Source: a virus
Strand: one strand, 5' to 3'
IMG/VR virus record: IMGVR_UViG_3300031576_000005
Span: 95,143 to 159,142 of that record
Length of the DNA stretch: 64,000 nucleotides
In this document: positions 1-9,771 of the stretch, one piece after another
How positions within the stretch are numbered: the first letter of the stretch is position 1
How the letters are laid out: the number at the start of each line of letters is the position of its first letter
Position numbers and translations under genes: made by a program
The notes under the pieces: generated by a model
The model's database searches: none
Told to the model about the DNA's origin: nothing
Seen by the model: only the letters and a program-made list of their open reading frames with translations

Positions 1-70
1 TCTAAGACGGCAACCAAAGATTCTAAGATATCCTGTTCAATTAAATATCCAGAAATTGTTCTGATTAGGT

Positions 71-814
71 TCATGATAGAATATCTAAGATATATTTTTC
101 GAATTGCTTGAATTGCGATGGGGTGTTATTCTTAATTCCGAAAATCATATGAAAAAGAATATGAAGGTCTTTGGAAATTGTGATTCCGTTATTCATATCA
201 AAGCGAAGCTCTGGATAATTCGCATAATTGTACAAGTGATGAGCTACAAGTTCGCCGCCTTTTCGTCCGGTGATTTGGTCAATATAGTCGTCTCGTTTAA
301 AAACTTTATTTCTCCATTCTAATGTCTTAGGATTATAATTTCTGTTTTTATTGTTTTCCCTTTCTTGTTGTGTTAAATCATCTCGCCACATAGGGTTTTT
401 ATTTCCTAAGTGAGATAATCTAATTTTTTCCAGATGCTCTTTGGTGTGGTGTTTTCCATAAAATCCGGCGTCTTTACCATATCTACCGAACATAGCATTC
501 TTTTCTCCGCTTCGTGCTTCGCTCATTTTTTTACGAGTTTCTTCAGAGGCTTTCTTCCCATAATTATTACCTTTACCTCCCTTTTGAGCTTCGCTAATTT
601 TCTTACATCTTTCCAAAGAATAATGTTTACCATAGTTATAGGATTTTTCTCCCTTCGTGCAACAAGAAGCACAAAAACTAACTCCAACCCCTCGCTTTGC
701 AGAGCCTTTTCTAATAATTCTTTCTTTTCCACAATCATCACACCGAACCAGACTTTTTATAATAGTTCTTTTTCCATCTTCATATGTATTCAAAAAGTCT
801 AAACAAACTATCAT
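71..814 (-). CDS. Free-standing HNH homing endonuclease with NUMOD3-like repeats (family copy 1)
   Basis: CDDC..CASC Zn motif, NUMOD3-like KASEETRKKMSEA repeats, EWRNKVFKRD, LVAHHLYN..NNGIT..HILFH; start moved to ATG 814 (MIVCLDF) by comparison with paralogs. Confidence 0.85.
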   Translation of the reverse strand: MIVCLDFLNTYEDGKRTIIKSLVRCDDCGKERIIRKGSAKRGVGVSFCASCCTKGEKSYNYGKHYSLERCKKISEAQKGGKGNNYGKKASEETRKKMSEARSGEKNAMFGRYGKDAGFYGKHHTKEHLEKIRLSHLGNKNPMWRDDLTQQERENNKNRNYNPKTLEWRNKVFKRDDYIDQITGRKGGELVAHHLYNYANYPELRFDMNNGITISKDLHILFHMIFGIKNNTPSQFKQFEKYILDILS

Positions 815-815
815 A

Positions 816-1739
816 TTATTTGACAATTATTTCTTTGTTATTGTTTTTTAATGATTCATCACATTTTTCAAGAATTTTAATTATATCACACGAAAGGCCA
901 ATATCAATTTGTAGTTTATCTTCTAATGCGTCTATGAACGAAGAAATTACTTTTGTTAATGGTTTTTCATTACTAACAGTAATTGTTTTGCAAGAATCAC
1001 CACGAATTTGAAATAATTCCTGGTCAAACATTGTCATTTTAAGAAAATTAGATTCGGCAGTGAATCCTCGATACTTGCTTGAGGACAAATTGTCTACATC
1101 GATTGAGGCTACTAGATGTTTGAATTTTACATCAACATGCAATTGTCCGGAATTATCGTAGTTTGGATGGCTTATTAGGTTAGCTTTAACAGATATTGGA
1201 GTTTCTTTTAAAAGTCTTATCATCATAGATAAATCGTGTCCACACCAATCCCAGAGTATACCGATGTCCTTCCTAAATGGCCCGAAACTAGCACTCTTAG
1301 AAACTATTGATTTTATTGGGTCATTTTTAAATGTTTTAACCAATTCTATAAATGCCGGATTAAATAATTGCGTGTTATCTATGAGGCAAGGAATTTGTTG
1401 TTTTTGTGCCAAATTTTTAATCTCTTGCGAGTCGTAAGAATTTAAGCATATCGGCTTTTCACAAATGAAAGGAAGAAGGTGATAAAAGCACCCACAAATA
1501 ATCTCAAAATGCGTATGTGGAGGTGTCGCAATAATACAGAAATCAAGCTTTTTATCAAGAAGCAATTCTATATAATTATCTGTGATTTTAACTTTATTTT
1601 TGAATAGCGATGAATTAGCTGGGTTTGAAGTATATAAATGGGTGATTTCTACGTTTTCCATTTGTTGGATGGTTCGAATGTAATTTTTACCGAATCTTCC
1701 GCAACCTATTAGTCCACATTTATATACTTTGTCAGACAT
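816..1739 (-). CDS. Gfo/Idh/MocA family oxidoreductase
   Basis: GLIGCGRFG Rossmann motif, IATPPHTH, CEKP, WDWCGHDL. Confidence 0.9.
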   Translation of the reverse strand: MSDKVYKCGLIGCGRFGKNYIRTIQQMENVEITHLYTSNPANSSLFKNKVKITDNYIELLLDKKLDFCIIATPPHTHFEIICGCFYHLLPFICEKPICLNSYDSQEIKNLAQKQQIPCLIDNTQLFNPAFIELVKTFKNDPIKSIVSKSASFGPFRKDIGILWDWCGHDLSMMIRLLKETPISVKANLISHPNYDNSGQLHVDVKFKHLVASIDVDNLSSSKYRGFTAESNFLKMTMFDQELFQIRGDSCKTITVSNEKPLTKVISSFIDALEDKLQIDIGLSCDIIKILEKCDESLKNNNKEIIVK

Positions 1740-1747
1740 ATATAAAT

Positions 1748-1778
1748 TTACACTATCATGACTTTAAATAAAAATCAA
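1748..1778 (-). promoter_or_regulatory. AGTGTAA motif (1748-1754) nested in TTGATT-17-TAGTGT
   Basis: 8 nt upstream of ATG 1739. Confidence 0.55.
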
Positions 1779-1781
1779 GAC

Positions 1782-2846
1782 TTAAGAATTTAAAGTTTTT
1801 GCCCATTCAAAATATCTCCTTACACCCTCTTCCAATGATACTTTTGGAGAATAGCCAATTGCTTCACGAACTTTTGAAAGGTCTGGAGCGCGTCTTTTAG
1901 GCTGTTTTTTATAAACTGATATCGGTTCCAAAAATTCTACTTTTACCTTTGGATTGCCAACTATTTTACAGACTAGATTTGCTAAATCGACCATAGATAT
2001 TTCGCCAGTATTATCGGCGCCCAAATTAAATATTTGGCCATTATATTCGCTTAGCGATAGTTTAATTAATCCGGTTAAGAAATCGGTCACATACACAAAG
2101 GTTCTAGTCTCTTGGCCAAGGCCATAAACAGGCAATAACTCACTATTTAATGCTTTACTTATAAAGGACGGCAAAACGCGGCCATCTTTAATATTCATTC
2201 CAGCCCCGAAACAATTAAATGGCCTGATTGTTTTTATCGGCACATTATATAATCGATAAAAAATATCCCCTAGAGTCTCTAACACTTTCTTGGATTGGTC
2301 ATAACACGCCCTCTCTCCCACAGAAGATACATTCCCGTTATATTCTTCTTTAGTAGGAACATTGGCTTCATCGGGGTCTCCATAAACCTCGCTTGAACTC
2401 ATTAAAACCACGGACTTTGCTTGTTTTTGATATGCTAAATTTAATATATTTTTAGTTCCAGCATATCCTATATCTAAAGTCACCAAAGGCATCTTTTTGT
2501 AAAAAATAGGCGATGCCACCGAAGCCATATTCCAAATATAATCTATCTTATCATTTGGTCCTAATTTGGTATCAAAGGGAAGGCAAATATCGTGGTTTAA
2601 AGCCGTAAAGTTTTTATCTGTATAAATTAACGGAGTGTTTCCAATAAGATAAGTATCGGAACCTACAACTTTTACGGGATTATTAGCTAAAATAGTTTCA
2701 TTTAATCTTAGAAGATAGTTTGTAAGACACTTTCCGAGAAAACCCGCGATACCCACAAGAAGTATCGTTTTTCCCGCAAATTGAAAATTATTCTCACCTA
2801 AATTATCAATAATTTCTTGGGCGTCTGATTGTTCTATAGAATGCAT
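1782..2846 (-). CDS. NAD-dependent epimerase/dehydratase, UDP-glucuronate decarboxylase-like
   Basis: GIAGFLG, ASVASP, SSSEVYGDP, RACYDQSK (YxxxK), DGRV, QETRTFVYV, RRAPD. Confidence 0.88.
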   Translation of the reverse strand: MHSIEQSDAQEIIDNLGENNFQFAGKTILLVGIAGFLGKCLTNYLLRLNETILANNPVKVVGSDTYLIGNTPLIYTDKNFTALNHDICLPFDTKLGPNDKIDYIWNMASVASPIFYKKMPLVTLDIGYAGTKNILNLAYQKQAKSVVLMSSSEVYGDPDEANVPTKEEYNGNVSSVGERACYDQSKKVLETLGDIFYRLYNVPIKTIRPFNCFGAGMNIKDGRVLPSFISKALNSELLPVYGLGQETRTFVYVTDFLTGLIKLSLSEYNGQIFNLGADNTGEISMVDLANLVCKIVGNPKVKVEFLEPISVYKKQPKRRAPDLSKVREAIGYSPKVSLEEGVRRYFEWAKTLNS

Positions 2847-2852
2847 ATTAAT

Positions 2853-3584
2853 TTATATTTTTTTATTATTGACTATTAACTGACACCAATTTAAAAATTC
2901 ATCTTCTTGAAAAGCTTGTTTCATCCTATTAACATCTTTGTGTACCCACTGAATATTGTCCGGAATATATCCTTTCCTTGAATCTATTCTATCTAATGAA
3001 GCCGTGGTTTTTGAGCATTCTTTTCTTAACTTATAAAATAATAATAAAACCCCGGATAAAGCACATTTTCTATCTTGCTGAATAAATTTATCCCAAGCTT
3101 GCTCTATACTAATACTGCATTCGAAACCCCTTTCAATCGCCCCTTTGTTTATTCTTGTCCATAATGAACCAGTTATTTCCTCATATCCATTACTTTTGAA
3201 TTTTTTAGTAATTTCCCTTCCACATAAATAACAATTAATTTTGCCGCACTTTACGTGGTTAAAAGTTCTCAAAAAAACATTTCCACACTTACATTTCCAT
3301 TGAGTTTTCTTCATTACCGAATTTTGCATTGGACCTATATATTTTATATTTTTTTCTTTGGCTATTTTATGGTAATCTTCTTCTGTTTTGGGTATATTGG
3401 TATTTGAACATATACGACATATTGCGCGATGATTTAGATTATTATATGATTTCCATGTTTTATGATTGTTTGGACAAATCCACCAAGTATTGTGATGGCT
3501 GCTTTGTGGAATAGGTCCTATAAAAATATAACCAAATTTTTGAGCCAAATCATTGTACTGCTGTTCTGTATACTTTATTGGCAT
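2853..3584 (-). CDS. His-Me finger (HNH-like) endonuclease with Zn-ribbon repeats
   Basis: WWICPNNH/CRIC and WKCKCG repeats; KCALSG..TASLDRIDSRKGYIPDNIQWVHKDVNRMK. Confidence 0.8.
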   Translation of the reverse strand: MPIKYTEQQYNDLAQKFGYIFIGPIPQSSHHNTWWICPNNHKTWKSYNNLNHRAICRICSNTNIPKTEEDYHKIAKEKNIKYIGPMQNSVMKKTQWKCKCGNVFLRTFNHVKCGKINCYLCGREITKKFKSNGYEEITGSLWTRINKGAIERGFECSISIEQAWDKFIQQDRKCALSGVLLLFYKLRKECSKTTASLDRIDSRKGYIPDNIQWVHKDVNRMKQAFQEDEFLNWCQLIVNNKKI

Positions 3585-4816
3585 GATATAAAATCAATAT
3601 TTGGCAATATTTTAATCCAAATCCCTTTATAGTCGGGATTATTTTTAATAATGCTATCTGCAAAATTCCATGCGGTTAATATGCAATAATCTGGATTTTT
3701 ATTTAAAAGCTCTTCTTTAGGCTTAATTTCTATATGCTTGCCAGGAACGAACTTCCTCCATTTTAAAAAGGAATCATCTATTACAAAATCTATTATCGAA
3801 TTATCAATATTAAAAAAATGAAGCAATGTTACAAGTTTTGCTGGTGCTCCATATGCCGATATAGATTTCCCTTGAAGTTTTAGATTTTTTAAAATTTCTT
3901 TTATTTTAACTTTATGATTATTGAGATTATTTATAAATAATTTATATGCCTCATCCCTATATAAACCCGCTTCTTCTTCCAATATAATACATTTTTCGAC
4001 GCTAGACCAATTCGTAAAACAATGGTGAGTGTGTTTGACGAACGCGCGAAAACTTCCTCCTTGATTTGAATTTCGTTCTACCCTGACAATTTCTAAATCA
4101 AATTGTCTAAAAAATCTTTTAAGTGGTTTGATGCTATGAAAAAATAAATGTTCATGATACACTTGGTCAAAATATAAACCATTAATGGTATCGAGTAAAT
4201 ATGCATTCTCCATAATAAACACACCATCTGGGGCTAACAATAATTTTATTCCTTTAACAATTGATTCCAAATTGGGAACATGTGCCATAACATTGTTGGC
4301 GGTGATAACCTTAGCCCGTCCGACTTCATTAACCATTTTTTTTGCCAGTTCTTCATTAAAGAATTCATTATATACCTTAATACTATCGCCCTTAGTCTGT
4401 TCAACTATGTTCGTAGCCGGTTCTATCCCTACCACATTCATACCCAACAACTTAAACGGTTTGAGCAATATATTGTCATTGCTGGCCACTTCTATGACCA
4501 AATCCCCCTGTTTTAATCCCCACTGCTTAACAACACTCTCGGCATAATCTGCAAAATGTTGTCGTAATTTAGCCGAAGTACTTGATGCATATAAATAGTT
4601 TTTAAATAGAATTTCGGGATTAACTGTATGTTTTAACCCGACGCTTCCGCATTCTTTACATCGATAAACTTGAAGTGGAGCTTCAAATTCTGGTTGGTTA
4701 AGGCTTTCTTTGGAAACGAGAGAATTAGCTAGGGGGGTGTTGCCAAAGTCTAGAACCGTGGTAATATTTTGACTTTTACAAAGCCTGCATTCGTGAATTT
4801 CTTGGCATTTATCCAT
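3575..4816 (-). CDS. NDP-sugar C-methyltransferase (SAM-dependent, Zn-binding N-terminus)
   Basis: CRLC..CKEC, EVASND, GIEP, NNVMAH, FDQVYHEH, GGSFR, YGAPAK, LTAWNF. Confidence 0.9.
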   Translation of the reverse strand: MDKCQEIHECRLCKSQNITTVLDFGNTPLANSLVSKESLNQPEFEAPLQVYRCKECGSVGLKHTVNPEILFKNYLYASSTSAKLRQHFADYAESVVKQWGLKQGDLVIEVASNDNILLKPFKLLGMNVVGIEPATNIVEQTKGDSIKVYNEFFNEELAKKMVNEVGRAKVITANNVMAHVPNLESIVKGIKLLLAPDGVFIMENAYLLDTINGLYFDQVYHEHLFFHSIKPLKRFFRQFDLEIVRVERNSNQGGSFRAFVKHTHHCFTNWSSVEKCIILEEEAGLYRDEAYKLFINNLNNHKVKIKEILKNLKLQGKSISAYGAPAKLVTLLHFFNIDNSIIDFVIDDSFLKWRKFVPGKHIEIKPKEELLNKNPDYCILTAWNFADSIIKNNPDYKGIWIKILPNIDFISCQ

Positions 4817-4841
4817 ATAAAACTTCTAAAATTTTTCAATG

Positions 4842-5237
4842 TCAAATCTTTGATAAATAAAAGCCTAACCTAACCAAATCATGCTCATATTCATTTTGGT
4901 CTCGGCAACCAGTGGAAAGACAGATAAATGATGAGTCAACCGGAAAATACATTTCATGTTCAATCATTGAGCCGGTCCAGAATGAATCTCCGGCTTTTAA
5001 TTTATATAACGTTGGCTTTTGGGTTGAACCAACTGGGCGCTCATAGTAATGAATCTCTCCCAGTGTGACATAGCAATTATGTCCGGATTTTAAATGGTAG
5101 TGTAGGGCGCGGTGGCTTCCAGCCATGCTTCGTATAAAAATTATGTCTCCATTAAAATTTCTATCTACATTCTCAATAACCCCGCGTTTATCTTCAAACA
5201 CAGGTAGTTTGTCTTGTATTACTTTTGTTATATCCAT
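4842..5237 (-). CDS. Cupin, NDP-sugar epimerase/isomerase-like
   Basis: FEDKRG, RALHYH, IEHEM cupin motifs; adjacent to C-methyltransferase. Confidence 0.75.
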   Translation of the reverse strand: MDITKVIQDKLPVFEDKRGVIENVDRNFNGDIIFIRSMAGSHRALHYHLKSGHNCYVTLGEIHYYERPVGSTQKPTLYKLKAGDSFWTGSMIEHEMYFPVDSSFICLSTGCRDQNEYEHDLVRLGFYLSKI

Positions 5238-5249
5238 AAATTTAATATT

Positions 5250-5558
5250 TTATTGATTTTCGTATTTTTCTTCAACTATATGATTGGCAAGCAAATAAGT
5301 GAGATAAAACAGATTTTCTAAATCTCTAAATTCATTTCCTTCAGTACGCATAGCTTTGATGTTATCTACAGCTTCATTCAAAACTTCTTCTTTGTGTTCG
5401 TCGCTATTTAAAAACTTGGATTCAGGTACTTCTATAAAGATTTTTCCATCTTTTCGATATACTTTAATATCTTTTGATAATGAGGTTGGTTCAGAGACAC
5501 GAGGCTCGTCATCACAGAAACCACCGCAGTAATCGCCACAGTAATAACATTGTTGCAT
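5250..5558 (-). CDS. Hypothetical protein with Cys-rich N-terminus
   Basis: Co-oriented, tightly packed ORF; CYYCGDYCGGFC. Confidence 0.55.
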   Translation of the reverse strand: MQQCYYCGDYCGGFCDDEPRVSEPTSLSKDIKVYRKDGKIFIEVPESKFLNSDEHKEEVLNEAVDNIKAMRTEGNEFRDLENLFYLTYLLANHIVEEKYENQ

Positions 5559-5577
5559 ATTTTGTCCTTATTTAATA

Positions 5578-5829
5578 TTATTTTGGTTTAGGTATTTCGT
5601 CTTCATAACACCAATAGTCAAATACATCCGTATTAGTCCATTCATGCCCTTCATAAGCCCCAAATATGTTTACCTCTAAGTCGGTTACTCCATAATCTTG
5701 GGTAACCATTCCAAATTCTAATACATCCTCTTTACTAGAATATAATAACAAAATACTAGATTCTTTCCGAATCTTATACTCGTCCCAAGATAAGATTGGT
5801 AACATTTCTGTAAATTTATGCCAATTCAT
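5578..5829 (-). CDS. Hypothetical phage protein
   Basis: MNWHK..LP..DYW pattern typical of small phage proteins; ATGA overlap with neighbour. Confidence 0.6.
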   Translation of the reverse strand: MNWHKFTEMLPILSWDEYKIRKESSILLLYSSKEDVLEFGMVTQDYGVTDLEVNIFGAYEGHEWTNTDVFDYWCYEDEIPKPK

Positions 5830-6140
5830 ATTTCCGAATCACTTTCTCCTAATTCAAAAACTAAATAAAATTCCTTGTTTTTGTAAGTCGCTACAAATCC
5901 TCCGCTCGAAGCAGAGAAAAATCCTCCGCTCAGAGTAGATTGACTTTTAGCGGTGTCTTTTAAAAGTCTATACGCCGTATTATATAAATCATCAACAGTT
6001 GGAATGCTAGTACAGTCTCCATCCGGATTCCCCGTTGAGTATTTCCACCCCACGGCTTCCATTGCTTTTTGTACTTTGTCAAAATCAAAGCGAGATAAAG
6101 TTAAAGCGATTTTTAATTCTTGTTCTTTTGAGAGTTTCAT
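5826..6140 (-). CDS. Hypothetical phage protein
   Basis: FDFDKVQKAMEAVGWKY..SSGGF; ATGA overlaps on both sides. Confidence 0.7.
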   Translation of the reverse strand: MKLSKEQELKIALTLSRFDFDKVQKAMEAVGWKYSTGNPDGDCTSIPTVDDLYNTAYRLLKDTAKSQSTLSGGFFSASSGGFVATYKNKEFYLVFELGESDSEI

Positions 6141-7048
6141 ATATTTCTTGTAAAATTTTCAGTTTTCCATACTGGGCTTCCAACGAAAGTTTGTCCCTCA
6201 ACCATTCCTGGAACATTTCCATTCACCCCACCTATGCAGAGATGTTGTCCGATTGACGCATCACAAATATCTAGCCACGGAAAATTTTTAGTTAAATCTA
6301 AACTATTTTTCTTTGCCCATTCATACCAATACCATGTTAGGGCGCATGTCATAATAGCGTCGTTAGCCATTTTTTTATTGTTAATTTCATCTTTGGTAAA
6401 TGCAATCTTCATCCATTGCCAATATTCTGACACGACATCTCTTGTTTGGTCGTTTAAATCTTCTAAAATTTTGTTAAATCTATGGTAAGCCAAAAAACAC
6501 GAGCCACAAGAATTGCTTCCACCCTGCACTAATATTTTGCCTCGTTTTGTATCAATTTCAAATGGTTTATACATATATTCTCGGTTAATAATATCTTTAC
6601 GAAATTGTTGTATCATTAATTTTGGAAAGAAATTATCAGTTTTTTCTTTATTATAAAAATCTGGATGGGAGGTGAGTGGAATTGCCACAACATTCGGATT
6701 TGATTCGATAACAGCCATACAATCTTCCATGTATTCCCGTCTGAAAACGTAATCAGATTCTACCATGAATATAAATTCTGGATTCAAAACCCTCATTAAA
6801 TTATACGCAGACTCAAATTGGCGACCAATACCTAAATTACAACCATTTAATATCAAATGAATAGGCATCTCTATTGAGCTATTTTCTTTTGCAAATTTAA
6901 ACAAAGAAGATTGAATATTTAAATCCGAACAATCATCTAATATATATATTTCGTTTGGAAAAATTTTAGTATTAGATAAAGTTGTCCTTAGACAATCTGC
7001 AAGTACTTTTGGACGGTTATAAGTAAAATATATATATAATAATTTCAT
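6137..7048 (-). CDS. GT-A fold (GT2-like) glycosyltransferase
   Basis: FTYNRP..L..CL, ILDDCS, NLGIG, MVESDY (DxD-like); paralog of 7045-7917. Confidence 0.8.
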   Translation of the reverse strand: MKLLYIYFTYNRPKVLADCLRTTLSNTKIFPNEIYILDDCSDLNIQSSLFKFAKENSSIEMPIHLILNGCNLGIGRQFESAYNLMRVLNPEFIFMVESDYVFRREYMEDCMAVIESNPNVVAIPLTSHPDFYNKEKTDNFFPKLMIQQFRKDIINREYMYKPFEIDTKRGKILVQGGSNSCGSCFLAYHRFNKILEDLNDQTRDVVSEYWQWMKIAFTKDEINNKKMANDAIMTCALTWYWYEWAKKNSLDLTKNFPWLDICDASIGQHLCIGGVNGNVPGMVEGQTFVGSPVWKTENFTRNI

Positions 7049-7917
7049 TGTGAGAACGAAGGCGAGCCAACAAAAGTTTGCCCTTCTTGAATACCAGGAA
7101 TATTACCATTAATTCCTAGGGCATTAATATGGTTAGAAACTGACGGAACAATATTTAGTAAAGGAAAATATTTGCTGGTATCCCATCCTTGCTCCTTTGC
7201 GTAAAGCGACCAATAATAACTTAATCCGTGTGATAATGGACCGTCTGCTAAAAGTTTTCTATTACCCCCTGGTTGTTTATTAGCCAAACGTTCCCACCAC
7301 GTTGTTTTCATTTCTGGATATTTTTTCATTAATTCCATTGTAAAACGCCATTTTAAATAAATTGTTCCACAAGAATTAGAGATTCCACTCAATTTTAGAG
7401 TTTTGTTTCCCAATGTACAATCGAATAGTTTAAACATATTGGTTCTATTGACTGGGTCAGAACCGTAATCTTCTTTTATAATATTTCTATACATTTTATC
7501 ATATCTTTCAGGCGTATAAAAATCTGGGTGGTCATATCCCGATATGCCAATTGATTTTTTCCCGATTTCACTTTCAAATACCTCTAAAATATCTTCTGCC
7601 CAATTTTTTCTAAATATGTAATCACTTTCAACAAAAAAAACATATTCTGGATTATATACTCGTGCTACAGACAATCCAAATTCAAAATTCGTGCCATATC
7701 CTATATTTTCATTAAATGAAAGCATATCAATCGGCATTTCTTTCGTAGAATTTTCCAAACAAAATTGCCATAACCCGACTTTTGTTGATTTTTCACTTGC
7801 ATCATCTAAAATCACAACTCTATGTGGTTTAACGTTTGTATTGGAGAATAATGTGGCCAAACACTCTTTTAGAATTATTGGACGATTATGAGTGTATATA
7901 ATATATAGAAGTTTCAT
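7045..7917 (-). CDS. GT-A fold (GT2-like) glycosyltransferase
   Basis: YTHNRP, ILDDAS, NIGYG, FVESDY; shares C-terminal EGQTFVGSP with 6137-7048. Confidence 0.8.
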   Translation of the reverse strand: MKLLYIIYTHNRPIILKECLATLFSNTNVKPHRVVILDDASEKSTKVGLWQFCLENSTKEMPIDMLSFNENIGYGTNFEFGLSVARVYNPEYVFFVESDYIFRKNWAEDILEVFESEIGKKSIGISGYDHPDFYTPERYDKMYRNIIKEDYGSDPVNRTNMFKLFDCTLGNKTLKLSGISNSCGTIYLKWRFTMELMKKYPEMKTTWWERLANKQPGGNRKLLADGPLSHGLSYYWSLYAKEQGWDTSKYFPLLNIVPSVSNHINALGINGNIPGIQEGQTFVGSPSFSQ

Positions 7918-8114
7918 ATTTTAAATTTTGCTATAAAATCACTACAAATTCCTGAGATTTTAACTTTTGGTAATCCATAAATTTTAAAATGTTCATCTTT
8001 AGCTATAGAGTATTTAGAGCCTACTTCAGAAATAGCTTCGTTTAATGAAAAAAAATGAATTTCTTTAGTGCTTGCTAGAACCCCGTCTAAATCAAAAATT
8101 ATCAATTTAATCAT
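7914..8114 (-). pseudogene. Truncated HAD phosphatase N-terminus fused to an unrelated C-terminal tail (probable deletion scar)
   Basis: IIFDLDGVL HAD motif I but only 66 aa; motifs II-IV absent; ends GICSDFIAKF. Confidence 0.65.
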
Positions 8115-8136
8115 ACCAATCTTTAAGAGTATAAAT

Positions 8137-9120
8137 TTATTCTCTATAAATATCGTTTAATGCCGAAAGTACGCTTTCCACCATTTTATCTTCAGAAAAT
8201 TGTAAAGCTTCATTATAACAGTTAATCTGCTTTATGTCATCAAGTTTATTCCAGGAATTACAAAAATCCATATCGCTAAAAATAAAGAAGCCATTAACGC
8301 CATCTTTAATAAAATTTTTATATCCACCCATTTTAGTTGCGAAGATTGTACAACCATAACTAGCCGCTTCTTTAGCGGCCAAAGTTACCGAAATATTATA
8401 ATCCTGAAACTGAGTATTTACCTTTGCTCGCTTCATGAAATCTTCTTTTGTTTTCTGGTCGATAACGCCCAAATAATAAGTAATTTTATTATTAATAAAG
8501 TTTAATAGAGGATAATCTTTATCAATTGGTCCCGCAAAAACCGTCGTAATTTCATGTTTTAATGCATAATAAGCAACCTCTATAGAGTGATATGCTCTAC
8601 AATGTCTGGAACATTGAAAAATCATGTCTTCCTTTGGATATTCCTGAAATACTGGAAATTTCGGGCCAATAACAATATTATAAACTTTATGATTGCTAGT
8701 TAGTTGTGGTTCTTGGTTTTTAATATCAAATAATAATACATGTTTGTGATATGGATGAACAATTTCGCGCCAACCAACCGGCCAAACGACTTGTTTTTGG
8801 CTACGGCATCCTTGTAAATTAAGATATGTGGCCGCGAAATGATGAAAGAAAATATCGTATTCGTCGGAGTTTGGAATATAATTTTTAAGGGGTGCTCCGT
8901 TTTTAATAGCCTGCCTTTCACGTTCGCATAAAAAATGGCCTTGTTTTCTTTTTTCTATAGGAATACCATCAAAACATTTTTCATCGCCATAAATATGAAA
9001 ATCATCTAATTGATTTAATAAAGCTGCGGCAATTATTCGGCCTCCCCCATATTTTTTGGGAGCAACATGATAGTCCTCTATACAATCCGATTCATTAACA
9101 TCTATATATGCTATTTTCAT
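8137..9120 (-). CDS. GT-B fold (GT4-like) glycosyltransferase
   Basis: YGGG, FAGPI, YLGVI, EAASYGCTIFAT..GG..FIKDGVNGF. Confidence 0.8.
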   Translation of the reverse strand: MKIAYIDVNESDCIEDYHVAPKKYGGGRIIAAALLNQLDDFHIYGDEKCFDGIPIEKRKQGHFLCERERQAIKNGAPLKNYIPNSDEYDIFFHHFAATYLNLQGCRSQKQVVWPVGWREIVHPYHKHVLLFDIKNQEPQLTSNHKVYNIVIGPKFPVFQEYPKEDMIFQCSRHCRAYHSIEVAYYALKHEITTVFAGPIDKDYPLLNFINNKITYYLGVIDQKTKEDFMKRAKVNTQFQDYNISVTLAAKEAASYGCTIFATKMGGYKNFIKDGVNGFFIFSDMDFCNSWNKLDDIKQINCYNEALQFSEDKMVESVLSALNDIYRE

Positions 9121-9770
9121 TTGGGTTTCGCAATATAATCGGGATGATTTTCTTTAACGAGGCTCATTGTATACCCCATATCTTCAAATAGTTTACAAAA
9201 ATCTTCAACGCTTTTGGGGCTAAAATTTTCGTATTCAAATATAACTATAGGTCGACATCGCATAATTGTTTCTCTCGCCCCCTCTATAACATAGTAATCT
9301 GTTCCTTGGGCGTCTATTTTTATAAGATTTACATCTAAATTTAAACTATCCAAGGCCAACATTTTAATTTGTGTGGGTTGTGTTGACTCCCCACATCTAG
9401 TATCCCCAAGGTTGCTTCCCGTTGGGGTATTAATAGTAGCATATCCATTGTATTTCCAACAGGTATAATTATATGAAGTAACATTATCACATTCGTTTAT
9501 ACAAAAATTACCGCACATTTGATTAAAACGCCTAATTTGTGGTTCAAAAGCATGGATATGTTTTACTTTTTTAGCTAAATGAATTATCTGTTCCCCAATA
9601 TAAGAACCAACATCAATAATTACTGATTGATTATTTATATATTTTTCAATTTCTTGTATAACTTCTTCGTCCCATAATTTGTTCTCAAATTTAACGTAAT
9701 TCTCAATAAGGTCTCCGCCATCAGATAGCAATAATTTGCCATAGGGCTTTTTATAAATTGAATATTCCAT
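9117..9770 (-). CDS. FkbM family methyltransferase
   Basis: IDVGSYIG, HAFEP, IKIDAQG, RPIVIFE. Confidence 0.88.
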   Translation of the reverse strand: MEYSIYKKPYGKLLLSDGGDLIENYVKFENKLWDEEVIQEIEKYINNQSVIIDVGSYIGEQIIHLAKKVKHIHAFEPQIRRFNQMCGNFCINECDNVTSYNYTCWKYNGYATINTPTGSNLGDTRCGESTQPTQIKMLALDSLNLDVNLIKIDAQGTDYYVIEGARETIMRCRPIVIFEYENFSPKSVEDFCKLFEDMGYTMSLVKENHPDYIAKPK

Positions 9771-9771
9771 A

